This document shows positions 54,978 to 63,366 of a stretch of 64,000 nucleotides of DNA, one piece after another. Position numbers and translations under genes: made by a program. The notes under the pieces were generated by a model. It had not been told where the DNA came from. It did no database searches and saw only the letters and a program-made list of their open reading frames with translations. This DNA is from an uncultured beta proteobacterium (lineage in GTDB: Bacteria; Pseudomonadota; Gammaproteobacteria; Burkholderiales; SG8-39), in the NCBI GenBank assembly GCA_963810475.1, contig CAWENY010000015.1:399-64398 (forward strand), in the 5' to 3' direction. Each line of letters starts with the position of its first letter. Position 1 is the stretch's first letter.

Positions 54978-56321
54978 ATGGAGGCTGCCGCAACCGCCAA
55001 CGGGGCGGATGACGGGAAGATAGCGCTGCTGCGCGAGACCACGCCGTTCGGAGACGCCTCCGGGGCGTTCCTCGCGCGCATCGCGGCGATCGCGCGCCCG
55101 GCGCGCTACGGCGCCGGCAAGCGCATCTACAGTGCTGGCGATGCGGCGGAGGACATCTTCATCGTCGTCTCGGGCCGCGTCGACCATGTGTTCGCGCCCG
55201 AGGTGGGTGCGCACGACCCGCTCAAGCGCATGACGCGTGGCGGCGTGTTCGGCTGGGCCGGGCTGCTGCTGGGGCAGACGAAGCGCCTCGCCACGGTCAC
55301 CGCGGCCGAGCCGACGGAGGTGCTGCGCCTCGACACCGAGGCGCTGGTCGCGCTGCTCGAGTCCGAGCCGCTCGAGGGCGGGCGGGTGATGGAGCGCTTC
55401 GTCGGCATGATCCAGCGCGAGTTCGCGCTGCCGAAGATGCTGGCGCAGGTGCGGCGGCTTTCCGGGCCGCTCACCGAGGAGATGTCGAGGACCGCCCTGA
55501 CGATGTACCGCGCCTCGCTCTGGCTGAAGAGCCCGCGGCCCTACCTGATGCTGATCGGCTTCGCGCTGGTGCTGGGCTTCTGGTACCTCGCGGTCGAGGT
55601 CTGGAAGCTGCCGCGCTTCCGCGAGATGCCGGGGATCACCACGGTGGTGAAGGAATGGGTCTCGCCCAACCCGACCTACGGGCTGTCGCTTTATACGGAG
55701 GAGTATTACCAGCACATCCTGGTGTCGATCTGGCGAGTGACCAAGGCCTTCCTGCTCGCCACCGTGCTCGGCGTGGCCTTCGGCCTGCTGCTCGGCTGGT
55801 CGCGGGTGTTCAAGGAATACGTGTTCCCGGTGTTCGAGATGCTGCGACCGATCCCGATCCTCGCCTGGGTGCCGCTCGCCATCGTGATGTTCATCGCCAC
55901 CGAGTCGGCGGTGGTGTTCCTCGCCTTCCTCGCCTCGTTCTTCGCCACCGCGCTCAACACCATGCTCGGCGTCGAGTCGATCGACGAGTCCTACATCCGG
56001 GCGGCGCACTGCCTCGGCGCGGACCGCTGGCAGGTGTTCCGCCACGTGATCATCCCGGGCTCGCTGCCGTTCATCTTCACCGGCCTGCAGATCTCGATCG
56101 GCGTGTCGTGGTTCTCGCTGGTCGCGGCCGAGATGGTGTCCGGCCAGTACGGCCTGGGCTATGTCATCAACACCTCCTACGTGATGGTGCGCTACCCGAC
56201 GATCGTGATCGGCATGATCACGCTCGGCATCGTCGGCTACATCACCAGCGCCATGGTGCGCGTGGCCGGCGACTACATGATGGAGTGGCGCGTGCGGGAA
56301 CTCGCGCTCTCTGACCGATGA
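54978..56321 (+). CDS. ABC transporter permease (NitT/TauT family) with N-terminal cNMP-binding-like domain
   Basis: aa ~20-150: RIYSAGDAAEDIFIVVSGRVDHVF..GGVFGWAGLLLGQTKRLATVTA. aa ~170-447: BPD-transporter permease (FEMLRPIPILAWVPLAIVMF, AAHCLGADRWQVFRHVIIPGSLPFIFTGLQISIG). Confidence 0.85.
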   Translation: MEAAATANGADDGKIALLRETTPFGDASGAFLARIAAIARPARYGAGKRIYSAGDAAEDIFIVVSGRVDHVFAPEVGAHDPLKRMTRGGVFGWAGLLLGQTKRLATVTAAEPTEVLRLDTEALVALLESEPLEGGRVMERFVGMIQREFALPKMLAQVRRLSGPLTEEMSRTALTMYRASLWLKSPRPYLMLIGFALVLGFWYLAVEVWKLPRFREMPGITTVVKEWVSPNPTYGLSLYTEEYYQHILVSIWRVTKAFLLATVLGVAFGLLLGWSRVFKEYVFPVFEMLRPIPILAWVPLAIVMFIATESAVVFLAFLASFFATALNTMLGVESIDESYIRAAHCLGADRWQVFRHVIIPGSLPFIFTGLQISIGVSWFSLVAAEMVSGQYGLGYVINTSYVMVRYPTIVIGMITLGIVGYITSAMVRVAGDYMMEWRVRELALSDR

Positions 56322-57140
56322 GCCGAGGACAGATTTCGATTCAGGACGTGGTGAAGGTTTACGATCCCGAGGGGGCGGCGGTGATGGCGGTCGACCACTG
56401 CTCGCTCGACATCGAGGGCGGCGAGATCTGCATGATCGTCGGGCCTTCCGGCTGCGGCAAGACGACCTTGCTCAACGCGATCGCCGGCTTCCACGAGATC
56501 ACCTCGGGCCGCATCACCATGGACGGCGAGGTGCTCTGCTCGGCGGACAAGCCGAAGTCGGAGCCCGGCCCGGACCGCATCGTGGTGTTCCAGAACGGCG
56601 CGCTGTTTCCCGTGGAAATCGAACCTGGAGAACGTGATCTTCGGCCCGATGATGCAGGGCAAGCTCGATCGCAAGGCGGCGATCGAGAAGGGGCGCGCGA
56701 TGATGGCCGACGCCGGCCTGTCGGGCGTGGAGCACAACTATCCCGGCGAAGTGTCCTCGGGCATGCGCCGGCGCGTCGAGATCGTGCGCGCGCTGATGAA
56801 CGACCCGAAGGTCCTGCTGCTGGACGAGCCCTACCGCGCGCTCGACTCGCTCACCAAGAGCGTGATGCACGAGGCGCTGCTCGAGATCTACTACAAGAAC
56901 AAGGTCACCATCTTCTTCATCACGCACGACCTGGAGGAGGCCATCTTCCTCGGCCACCGCGTCGCCATCATGACCACGCGGCCGTGCAAGCCGAAGAAGG
57001 TGCTGAGCGTCGACATCCCGCATCCGCGCGACTACAGCGTGCTGACCTCGAAGCGCTTCCGCGAGCTGATCGAGGAGACCAACGACGCCGTGCACGAGGA
57101 GGCCCTGAAGGCTTTCCAGGCCGGAGAGAAAGAAGGATGA
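56318..57140 (+). pseudogene. ABC transporter ATP-binding protein (NitT/TauT family), one frameshift as read
   Basis: Walker A GPSGCGKTT and VVFQNGALFP in frame 1. After an extra G near 56612 the rest continues in frame 2: (W)KSNLENVIFGP..SSGMRRRVEIVRAL..LLLDEPYRALD..ITHDLEEA. Confidence 0.8.
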
Positions 57141-57200
57141 AGAAAGTTCCTGTCGAGCCCCGCCTTCTGGCGCGGCGCCGCCTCCATCGTCATTTTCCTG

Positions 57201-58001
57201 GTGCTGTGGGAAATTGGCGCGCGCTCCAAGGCCTGGATGGCGCCGGAGTTCTTCGCGCCGTTCAAGGAGCTGCTCGTGGCGATGGGGTTCAAGAAGGACT
57301 ATCTGCCGTGGATCGGCGCGGTGCCCGCGCCCTCGGGAGTGCTCAAGGCCTGGGTCGCGGTGCTCGCCGAGCCGGGCTACTGGCAGAGCTGGTACATGAG
57401 CATGTTCCGCGTGCTGGGCGGGTTCGTCGCCGCGATGATCATCGGCATCCCGTTCGGCCTGATGCTGGCGGTGAGCCGCGTCGCGTACGGCATCGGCTTC
57501 CCGGCCTTCGAGGTGCTGCGGCCGATCCCGCCGCTGGCATGGGTGCCGGCCTCGATCATCTTCTGGCCGACGCAGGAGCTCGCCATCATCTTCATCACCT
57601 TCCTCGGCGCGTTCTACACCATCGTCATCAACGTGCTCGGCGGCGCGCGCTCGATCGACGGGCGCTACTTCCTTGCCGCGCAGTCGATGGGCTCCTCGAA
57701 TTGGGACATCTTCCGGCGCGTGATCCTGCCCGGCACGCTGCCGTCCATCGTGGTGGGCTCGGCGGTCGGCATGGGCATCACCTGGGAAGTGGTGGTCGCG
57801 GCGGAGATGATCTCCGGCGGCGGCAGCCAGCAGGCCGGCGTCGGCGGCGGGCTGGGCTTCTTCATCTGGAACTCCTACGTCGGCGGCTCCTATGAGCAGA
57901 TCGTCGTCGGCATGATCTCGATCGGCATTGCCGGCTTTGCCTCCAGCGAGCTGCTGCGCTGGGGCGGCCGCTACGCGACCCCATGGCTGAAATTACGCTA
58001 A
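57201..58001 (+). CDS. ABC transporter permease (NitT/TauT family); true start probably ATG 57137 across a frameshift
   Basis: FEVLRPIPPLAWVPASIIFWP, AAQSMGSSNWDIFRRVILPGTLPSIVVGSAVG. ATG 57137 (MKKVPVEP, ATGA overlap with the ATPase stop) joins the permease frame (AFWRGAASIVIFLVLWEIG) if one C of the C4 run at 57158-57161 is removed. Confidence 0.8.
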   Translation: MLWEIGARSKAWMAPEFFAPFKELLVAMGFKKDYLPWIGAVPAPSGVLKAWVAVLAEPGYWQSWYMSMFRVLGGFVAAMIIGIPFGLMLAVSRVAYGIGFPAFEVLRPIPPLAWVPASIIFWPTQELAIIFITFLGAFYTIVINVLGGARSIDGRYFLAAQSMGSSNWDIFRRVILPGTLPSIVVGSAVGMGITWEVVVAAEMISGGGSQQAGVGGGLGFFIWNSYVGGSYEQIVVGMISIGIAGFASSELLRWGGRYATPWLKLR

Positions 58002-58852
58002 GACCAAAAATCATTCCTGGCGAGATCTCCGTCCAGGGCGTGAGCAAGTCGTACGGCGCAACCCAGTTCCGCAAGGAAGTGGTGCACGACTGCTCGTTCA
58101 CGATCGAGCGCTCGAAGCTCACCGTCATGGTCGGCCCCTCGGGCTGCGGCAAGAGCACCCTGATTCGGCTGCTCGCCGGCTTCGAGCAACCCACCACCGG
58201 CAAGATCCTCCTCGACGGTGCGCCGGTCGCGGAGCCGAGCCGGGACCGGCTGGTGGTATTCCAGGAAACCGCGCTGTTTCCCTGGATGACCACGTGGGAC
58301 AACATCCTTTACGGCCCGCGCGCGCGCGGCGAACTCACGCGCGAAAGCTTCGCCTTCGGCGAATTCCTCCTCAACAAGGTCGGCCTGCAGGAATTCCGCG
58401 ACAAGTACCCGGGCCAGCTTTCCGGCGGCATGCAGCGCCGCGCCGAGCTTGCCCGCGCCATGATCAACAACCCCAAGGTCATGATCCTCGACGAGCCGTT
58501 CCGCGGCCTCGACGCCATGACCAAGGAGCTGATGTGGGAGTACTACTCCAGGCTGTATGAAGAGAACCGGCGCACCAATTTCTTCGTCACCACGGACATC
58601 GACGAGGCGGTGTTCCTCGCCGACCGGATCCTCGTTATGTCCAACATCCCGACCCAGGTGCGCGCCACCATCGAGGTCGACCTGCCGCGGCCGCGCAAGC
58701 TGCTCGACATCTTCGAGAACGACCGCGCCAACGACATCAAGAAGCAGGCGCTCTCCATCCTGCACGCCGAGGCGATGCGCTCGTTCTCGCGCGGCTCCAA
58801 GGCCGCCGCCGACTTCGTCGACGCCTACCTCAAGCGCTCCAGCGGCGCCTGA
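57983..58852 (+). CDS. ABC transporter ATP-binding protein (NitT/TauT family), second copy
   Basis: GPSGCGKST, VVFQETALFPWMTTWDNILYG, LSGGMQRRAELARAM, ILDEPFRGLD. Confidence 0.9.
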   Translation: MAEITLRPKIIPGEISVQGVSKSYGATQFRKEVVHDCSFTIERSKLTVMVGPSGCGKSTLIRLLAGFEQPTTGKILLDGAPVAEPSRDRLVVFQETALFPWMTTWDNILYGPRARGELTRESFAFGEFLLNKVGLQEFRDKYPGQLSGGMQRRAELARAMINNPKVMILDEPFRGLDAMTKELMWEYYSRLYEENRRTNFFVTTDIDEAVFLADRILVMSNIPTQVRATIEVDLPRPRKLLDIFENDRANDIKKQALSILHAEAMRSFSRGSKAAADFVDAYLKRSSGA

Positions 58853-58884
58853 TCGAGCTTCTTCTCAGCAAGCCGGTCGTCGTC

Positions 58885-59043
58885 GTGCTCGCGGTCCTCG
58901 GCGCCGCGCTGTGCTCGCTGGCCTCCTACCTCAAGGTCCGGGGGCGGATCAGCGAGAAAACCGACCGGCGGATGAACTACGCCGGCTACGGCGTGATGGC
59001 CGCGAGCATGCTGCTGTTCGTGCTCGCCGGCCTCTGGCGCTGA
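58885..59043 (+). CDS. possible small two-TM membrane protein (52 aa)
   Basis: GTG-initiated ORF (M)LAVLGAALCSLASYLKVRGRISEKTDRRMNYAGYGVMAASMLLFVLAGLWR, two hydrophobic helices with a basic loop. No homology recognised, so it could be chance. Confidence 0.25.
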   Translation: MLAVLGAALCSLASYLKVRGRISEKTDRRMNYAGYGVMAASMLLFVLAGLWR

Positions 59044-59044
59044 C

Positions 59045-59932
59045 CTAAAGGGGATTGTCGCGCGGACGGCGGCGTTTAGGGTCGTAGAACGGCAGCGCGG
59101 CGACGCGGGCGACGCGGCCGTCGCCGAGCCGTACCACGCTGCCGGTGTCGAGCGTAGGAGGGCTGACGAAACCCAGCGCCAGCGACTTGCCGAAAGTGGG
59201 CGAGAAGCATTCGCTCGTGACCTTGGCGGGCGGCAGGTCGGAGCGGCCGGGCCCGTCCAGGATGTCGAGGCCGACCAGCCGCCGTTCAGCATCAAACGTC
59301 ATGTTTGGAGCAAAGCGTTCCAAGCCCAGCTCGCGAGGGTTGGCGCGGCCGTCGACCTCGCGGTCGAAGAGCACGTAGCCGGCTTCGATGCGCAGGCTGT
59401 CGGCCGCCGCCCAGCTGCAGGCGCGCAGTCCTTCGTTGCGCCCGGCCTCGAGCAGCTTGTGACGCAGCGTTGCCGCTTCCGACGCGGGCACCAGCAATTC
59501 GTAGCCGAGCTCCCCGCTGAAGCCCAGACGCGCGACGATCAGGCCGTCCTTTTCCAGGAAGCGGAAATAGCGCAGGTTGGTGACGGCGTCGGGGCCGAGC
59601 AGGCGCGCCAGGATCCACCCGCTCGCCGGTCCCTGTAGCGCGAGGATGGCGAAGGCGCCGGAAACATCGTGGCCGCCGAAGCCGGCACGACGGCCGGTGA
59701 ACAGCCAGAAGCGCTCGGCGTCGAGGCGCCAGACGGTCGCATCGATGAGCACCGCGCCGTCATCGTTGATCAGCAGCGTGTAGGCGATCTGGCCGGGGAC
59801 GAGGTGCTCGAGGTTGCGCGTCTGCAGGCGCTGGAGCTCGGACTTCTCGTAGAACTCGTAAAGGCCCATGAAGGAAAAGTCGAACAGGCCGGCGGAACGC
59901 CGGGTGGCAAGATGCTCCTCGACGGCGCTCAT
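59045..59932 (-). CDS. aminomethyltransferase-family (GcvT-like, folate-binding) protein
   Basis: ATG 59932 forms an ATGA overlap with the tauE-like stop. AGLFDFSFMGLYEF, ILALQGP, GFSGELGYELLV, ADSLRIEAGYVLF. Confidence 0.8.
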   Translation of the reverse strand: MSAVEEHLATRRSAGLFDFSFMGLYEFYEKSELQRLQTRNLEHLVPGQIAYTLLINDDGAVLIDATVWRLDAERFWLFTGRRAGFGGHDVSGAFAILALQGPASGWILARLLGPDAVTNLRYFRFLEKDGLIVARLGFSGELGYELLVPASEAATLRHKLLEAGRNEGLRACSWAAADSLRIEAGYVLFDREVDGRANPRELGLERFAPNMTFDAERRLVGLDILDGPGRSDLPPAKVTSECFSPTFGKSLALGFVSPPTLDTGSVVRLGDGRVARVAALPFYDPKRRRPRDNPL

Positions 59933-60654
59933 AGGGTACGAAGGAGCAGCAGGCCGCCGGTCGCGACGCAGAGAAGGCCGGCGAGCCGCCGCAGGACGAG
60001 CGCACTCGCGACGTGGGCCAGGCGCACGCCCGCGACCACGCCCAGCAGCTCGAACAGCGTGATCACGGCCGCCGTATTCCAGTCGATGAACCCATGGCGA
60101 TAGTTCTCGACCGACCCCGAGGTGGCAGCGACGATCTGCAGCACCTGGCTGGTGGCGACCGCGGTGAGCGGGGCATAGCGCAGGATCACCATCAGCGGCA
60201 CCGAGAACAGCGGCCCGCCGGCGCCCGAGAATCCAGAGCCGAAGCCCGAGGCCGCGCCGACGCCGGCAAGGAGCCATGTCTCGCCGGACGCGCGCCCCTC
60301 GCGCGGCTTTACCGGGAAAAGGACGTAGATGCCGGCGCTAACGATGATGAGGGCGATGAAGATGGCAAGCGGCCGGGCGTCAATCACCGCCGCCACCGCC
60401 GCGCCGAAGAAGCCGAAGACAAGGGCGGCGGCGCACACGGGGATGGAGATGCGCCAGTCGATGCTGCCGCGGCGCTGGTAGAGGAACGTGCCGAGGATGC
60501 CGGTGAAGAGGAAGCTGAAAAGCGACGTGGCGGCAGCCTGATGGATGCTCAGGCCTCCGAACAGCGCCAGGAACGAAACCATCAGCACGCCGCCGACGCC
60601 CACCGTGCCGATGAGCAGTCCGACGAGCGACGCCACCGCCGCCACAGCCACCAA
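59929..60654 (-). CDS. TauE/SafE-family sulfite exporter-like membrane protein
   Basis: 241 aa, about 7-8 TM. GLLIGTVGVGGVLMV..AAATSLF and GAASGFGSGFSGAGGPLFSVPLM repeats are typical of DUF81/TauE. Confidence 0.9.
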   Translation of the reverse strand: MVAVAAVASLVGLLIGTVGVGGVLMVSFLALFGGLSIHQAAATSLFSFLFTGILGTFLYQRRGSIDWRISIPVCAAALVFGFFGAAVAAVIDARPLAIFIALIIVSAGIYVLFPVKPREGRASGETWLLAGVGAASGFGSGFSGAGGPLFSVPLMVILRYAPLTAVATSQVLQIVAATSGSVENYRHGFIDWNTAAVITLFELLGVVAGVRLAHVASALVLRRLAGLLCVATGGLLLLRTL

Positions 60655-60671
60655 CGAAGTGAGGTCCGCGC

Positions 60672-61127
60672 TCAGCCGGCGGCGAAGGCGACGAGCTCGC
60701 TGGTGAGGAGGACAGCGAGCTTCTTCATCAGCCCATAGCCGATGGAGGCATCGTTCTCCATCAGCCGCATCAGCGCTGCGCCGTCGATCGCAACCACGTC
60801 GCAGGCCGTAAGGCAGTACGCCGTTGCGATGCGCCGGGCGTGGCCTTCGACCAGCGGTGCCCAGCCGAAAACATCGCCGCGGCGGATGATGTCGCCCGCC
60901 GCGGTGTCGCGCTTGCTCAGGCCCAGCGTGAACCGCACCATGCCGTCGGCGAGCACGTAGAAGTCGTCGACCGTGTCGCCCACGGTGTAGATGCGCGTGT
61001 CCTGCGTAAACGAGCGCGCGCGGCCGAGCGCTGCGACGCGCCCAAGCTGCGCCTCGCTCAGGCCGGAAAAGAAGCGGGCCTGGGCGAGGACGCCGGCGGC
61101 GTCAACCAGCTTTTCTCTGTTTTCCAA
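60672..61127 (-). CDS. stand-alone cNMP-binding-like domain protein (no HTH)
   Basis: 151 aa. FFSGLSEAQLGRVAAL..RIYTVGDTVDDFYVLADGMVRFTL..GDVFGWAPLVEGHARRIATAYCLT. Confidence 0.8.
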   Translation of the reverse strand: MENREKLVDAAGVLAQARFFSGLSEAQLGRVAALGRARSFTQDTRIYTVGDTVDDFYVLADGMVRFTLGLSKRDTAAGDIIRRGDVFGWAPLVEGHARRIATAYCLTACDVVAIDGAALMRLMENDASIGYGLMKKLAVLLTSELVAFAAG

Positions 61128-61992
61128 CGAGCTGCTTGAACTTGGCGAGCTCGTCTTCCTTCATGAAGACCGTGTGCTCGGGACCGGGGTAGGCGCGCTT
61201 GCGCACGTCGTCGCGGTAGTCGCTCAGGCCCTTCTCGAGAATCGGCACCAGGTCGACGTAGATCTTCGAGTGGCGCGGCGTGTGCGCCTCGTAGAGGTGG
61301 AAGAGGTCGGAGCCGATGATGTGCACGCCATGCGCGCGGTTGCCGGCGCCGAGCGAGATCACCGGCACCGGCAGGGTCTGAGCCAGGTACTCGCACACTT
61401 CGGAGGTCGTCACCTCGCACATGATCGAGAAGCAGCCGGCATCGACCATCGCCCACGCGTCGTCCACCAGCTCCTTGGCGCGGTCCGCGGTCTTGCCCTG
61501 CGCGAAGAAGCCGCCGAGCTGCGGCATGCGCATCGGCGTGATGCCGATGTGGCCCTGCACCGGGATGCCGGCCTTGACGATGGCCTCGATGTACTTGGCG
61601 TGATGCTGGTTGCCCTCGCACTTCATCACCTCGGCGCCGCCCTGCGACACGTATTTCGCCGCGTTGTCGACCGCCTGCTGGGCGGACAGGTGGAAGCTCA
61701 TGTACGGCATGTCGACCATGCGCAGGCCGTACTTCGAGCCGCGCTTCACCGCCTGCGCCATGAACATCACTTCCTCGAACGACACCGAGGTGGTGCTCTC
61801 GTGGCCGAACAGCACCATGCCGCCGGTGTCGGACACGCACAGGATGTCGATGCCGACGCGGTCGGCGATGATCGCGGTCTCGTAGTCGTACACGGCGAGC
61901 TGCACGATCGGCTCGCCTTTCTTCATCTTCTCCACCAATGACGGGATGGTGACTTTCTTGCGCGCGGGCTGCGCGGGCTTGGCGTCGGCCAT
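61102..61992 (-). CDS. panB: 3-methyl-2-oxobutanoate hydroxymethyltransferase family protein (PanB-like)
   Basis: VYDYETAIIADRVGIDILCVSDTGGMVLFGH, MKCEGN, VQGHIGITPM, FSIMCEV. It could be a pathway-specific paralog rather than the pantothenate enzyme. Confidence 0.8.
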   Translation of the reverse strand: MADAKPAQPARKKVTIPSLVEKMKKGEPIVQLAVYDYETAIIADRVGIDILCVSDTGGMVLFGHESTTSVSFEEVMFMAQAVKRGSKYGLRMVDMPYMSFHLSAQQAVDNAAKYVSQGGAEVMKCEGNQHHAKYIEAIVKAGIPVQGHIGITPMRMPQLGGFFAQGKTADRAKELVDDAWAMVDAGCFSIMCEVTTSEVCEYLAQTLPVPVISLGAGNRAHGVHIIGSDLFHLYEAHTPRHSKIYVDLVPILEKGLSDYRDDVRKRAYPGPEHTVFMKEDELAKFKQLVGKQRKAG

Positions 61993-62074
61993 GTTGCGAT
62001 TCCTCCTCTAGGAAACTACTTGGATAGCAAGAGCGCGCACGGAATGCAAGCCGGGTGTTTCCCCAGGAAACGCC

Positions 62075-62623
62075 TCAGGTCACGTTTCGGCGGCTGCGTT
62101 TCAATCCCCACTGCCGGCGTCGCATCCACAACGCTTTTCGTCCGATCCCGAGCATGCGCGCGAGCTCGATTTCGCTGTAGGAATCCTGGAAGCGCTCGAC
62201 CACCTCGCGGATGTACTCCTCGATGGCCAGCGGGCGCGCGCCGCCGGGCAGCGCCTGGCGCCGCCGGTTCAGGGCGCGCGCCACGGCGCGCAAAAACTCG
62301 TCGTTATTGAACGGCTTGATCACGTAGTCGACCGCGCCCGCGCGCAGCGCGGCGATGGCGCTTTCCATCGACGAGTAGCTGGTGATCATCACGATCGGCA
62401 GCCCCGGGTGGCGGCCGCGCAGCACCGCGATCACGTCGAGCCCGGTGCCATCGGGCAGCTTGAGATCGGTAACCACCACGTCCGGCGCACGGGTGTCGAC
62501 GCGCGTCAGCGCTTCCTTCAGCGTCGCGGCGCTTTCGACCGCGTAACCTTCGCGCTCGAGCAGCAGGCTGATCACCTCCGACACGCCCGGGTCGTCGTCG
62601 ACCAGCAGCACGCGCTGATTCAT
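62075..62623 (-). CDS. response regulator, receiver + Fis-type HTH (RegA/ActR-like architecture, no AAA+ domain)
   Basis: VLLVDDDPGV, VVVTDLKLPDGTG, YVIKPF. C-terminal IELARMLGIGRKALWMRRRQWGL. ATGA overlap with the kinase stop. Confidence 0.85.
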   Translation of the reverse strand: MNQRVLLVDDDPGVSEVISLLLEREGYAVESAATLKEALTRVDTRAPDVVVTDLKLPDGTGLDVIAVLRGRHPGLPIVMITSYSSMESAIAALRAGAVDYVIKPFNNDEFLRAVARALNRRRQALPGGARPLAIEEYIREVVERFQDSYSEIELARMLGIGRKALWMRRRQWGLKRSRRNVT

Positions 62624-63339
62624 GTGGGCAGCACGATCTCGAAGCGCGCGCCGCCGCGCGGATCGTTCGCCGCGCGGATGCTGCCGCCGAGCTCCTGCAC
62701 GATCTCGTAGCTGATGGCGAGGCCGAGGCCCGTGCCTTCGCCGGGCGGCTTGGTGGTGAAGAAGGGGTCGAACACGCGCGGCAGATTGGCGTTGAGGATG
62801 CCGGGCCCGCTGTCGCGGATCGACAGCGTGACCTCGCCGTTCGCGGCGCGCGCCCGTGCCTCGATGCGGCCTACGCCTTCCATCGCCTGCGCCGCGTTGA
62901 GGAAGATGTTGAACACCACCTGCTCGAGCTCGCCGGAGCGCGCGAGCACCGCGACGCCGGGCGCCCCGCGGTAGTCGACCTGAACATCGTGGCCGCTGGA
63001 GCTGTGGCGCAAGAGCGCCGTCGCCGCCTCCACTGCGTCGTCGATGGCGAGCGGCGCCGGCGGCTCGCCGCCGACGCGCGAGTAGTCGCCCAGTTTCTTG
63101 GTGATGGCGAGCACGCGCGCGACATTGCTCGAGATCGAAGCCAGGCCTTTCTCCAGCGTCTCCGGCGTGACGCCGCGCTTCGACTGCAGGATCTGCAGCA
63201 TGGAGGACACCGCCGCCAGCGGGTTCGACACCTCGTGGCAAACGGACGCGAGCATGAAGCCGAGCGAGGCGAGCCGCTGGGTCTGGACGTCCGGTGACTC
63301 GGGCTGGCCTTTTACATGGGCTCGCGAATCTTCACGCAT
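62620..63339 (-). CDS. histidine kinase core only (HisKA + HATPase_c, no sensor or TM region)
   Basis: H-box SLGFMLASVCHEVSNPL. N-box FNIFLNAAQAM. G1 DSGPGI. G2 GEGTGLGLAIS. 239 aa in total. Confidence 0.85.
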   Translation of the reverse strand: MREDSRAHVKGQPESPDVQTQRLASLGFMLASVCHEVSNPLAAVSSMLQILQSKRGVTPETLEKGLASISSNVARVLAITKKLGDYSRVGGEPPAPLAIDDAVEAATALLRHSSSGHDVQVDYRGAPGVAVLARSGELEQVVFNIFLNAAQAMEGVGRIEARARAANGEVTLSIRDSGPGILNANLPRVFDPFFTTKPPGEGTGLGLAISYEIVQELGGSIRAANDPRGGARFEIVLPT

Positions 63340-63366
63340 GGATCATAAGTATGCACACTATAGGCC

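Noticed and set aside
53685-56045. 786-aa minus-strand ORF across binding protein 2 and the permease
   Set aside because: His/Arg/Gly/Asp-rich junk translation, antisense to two genes with clear family motifs.
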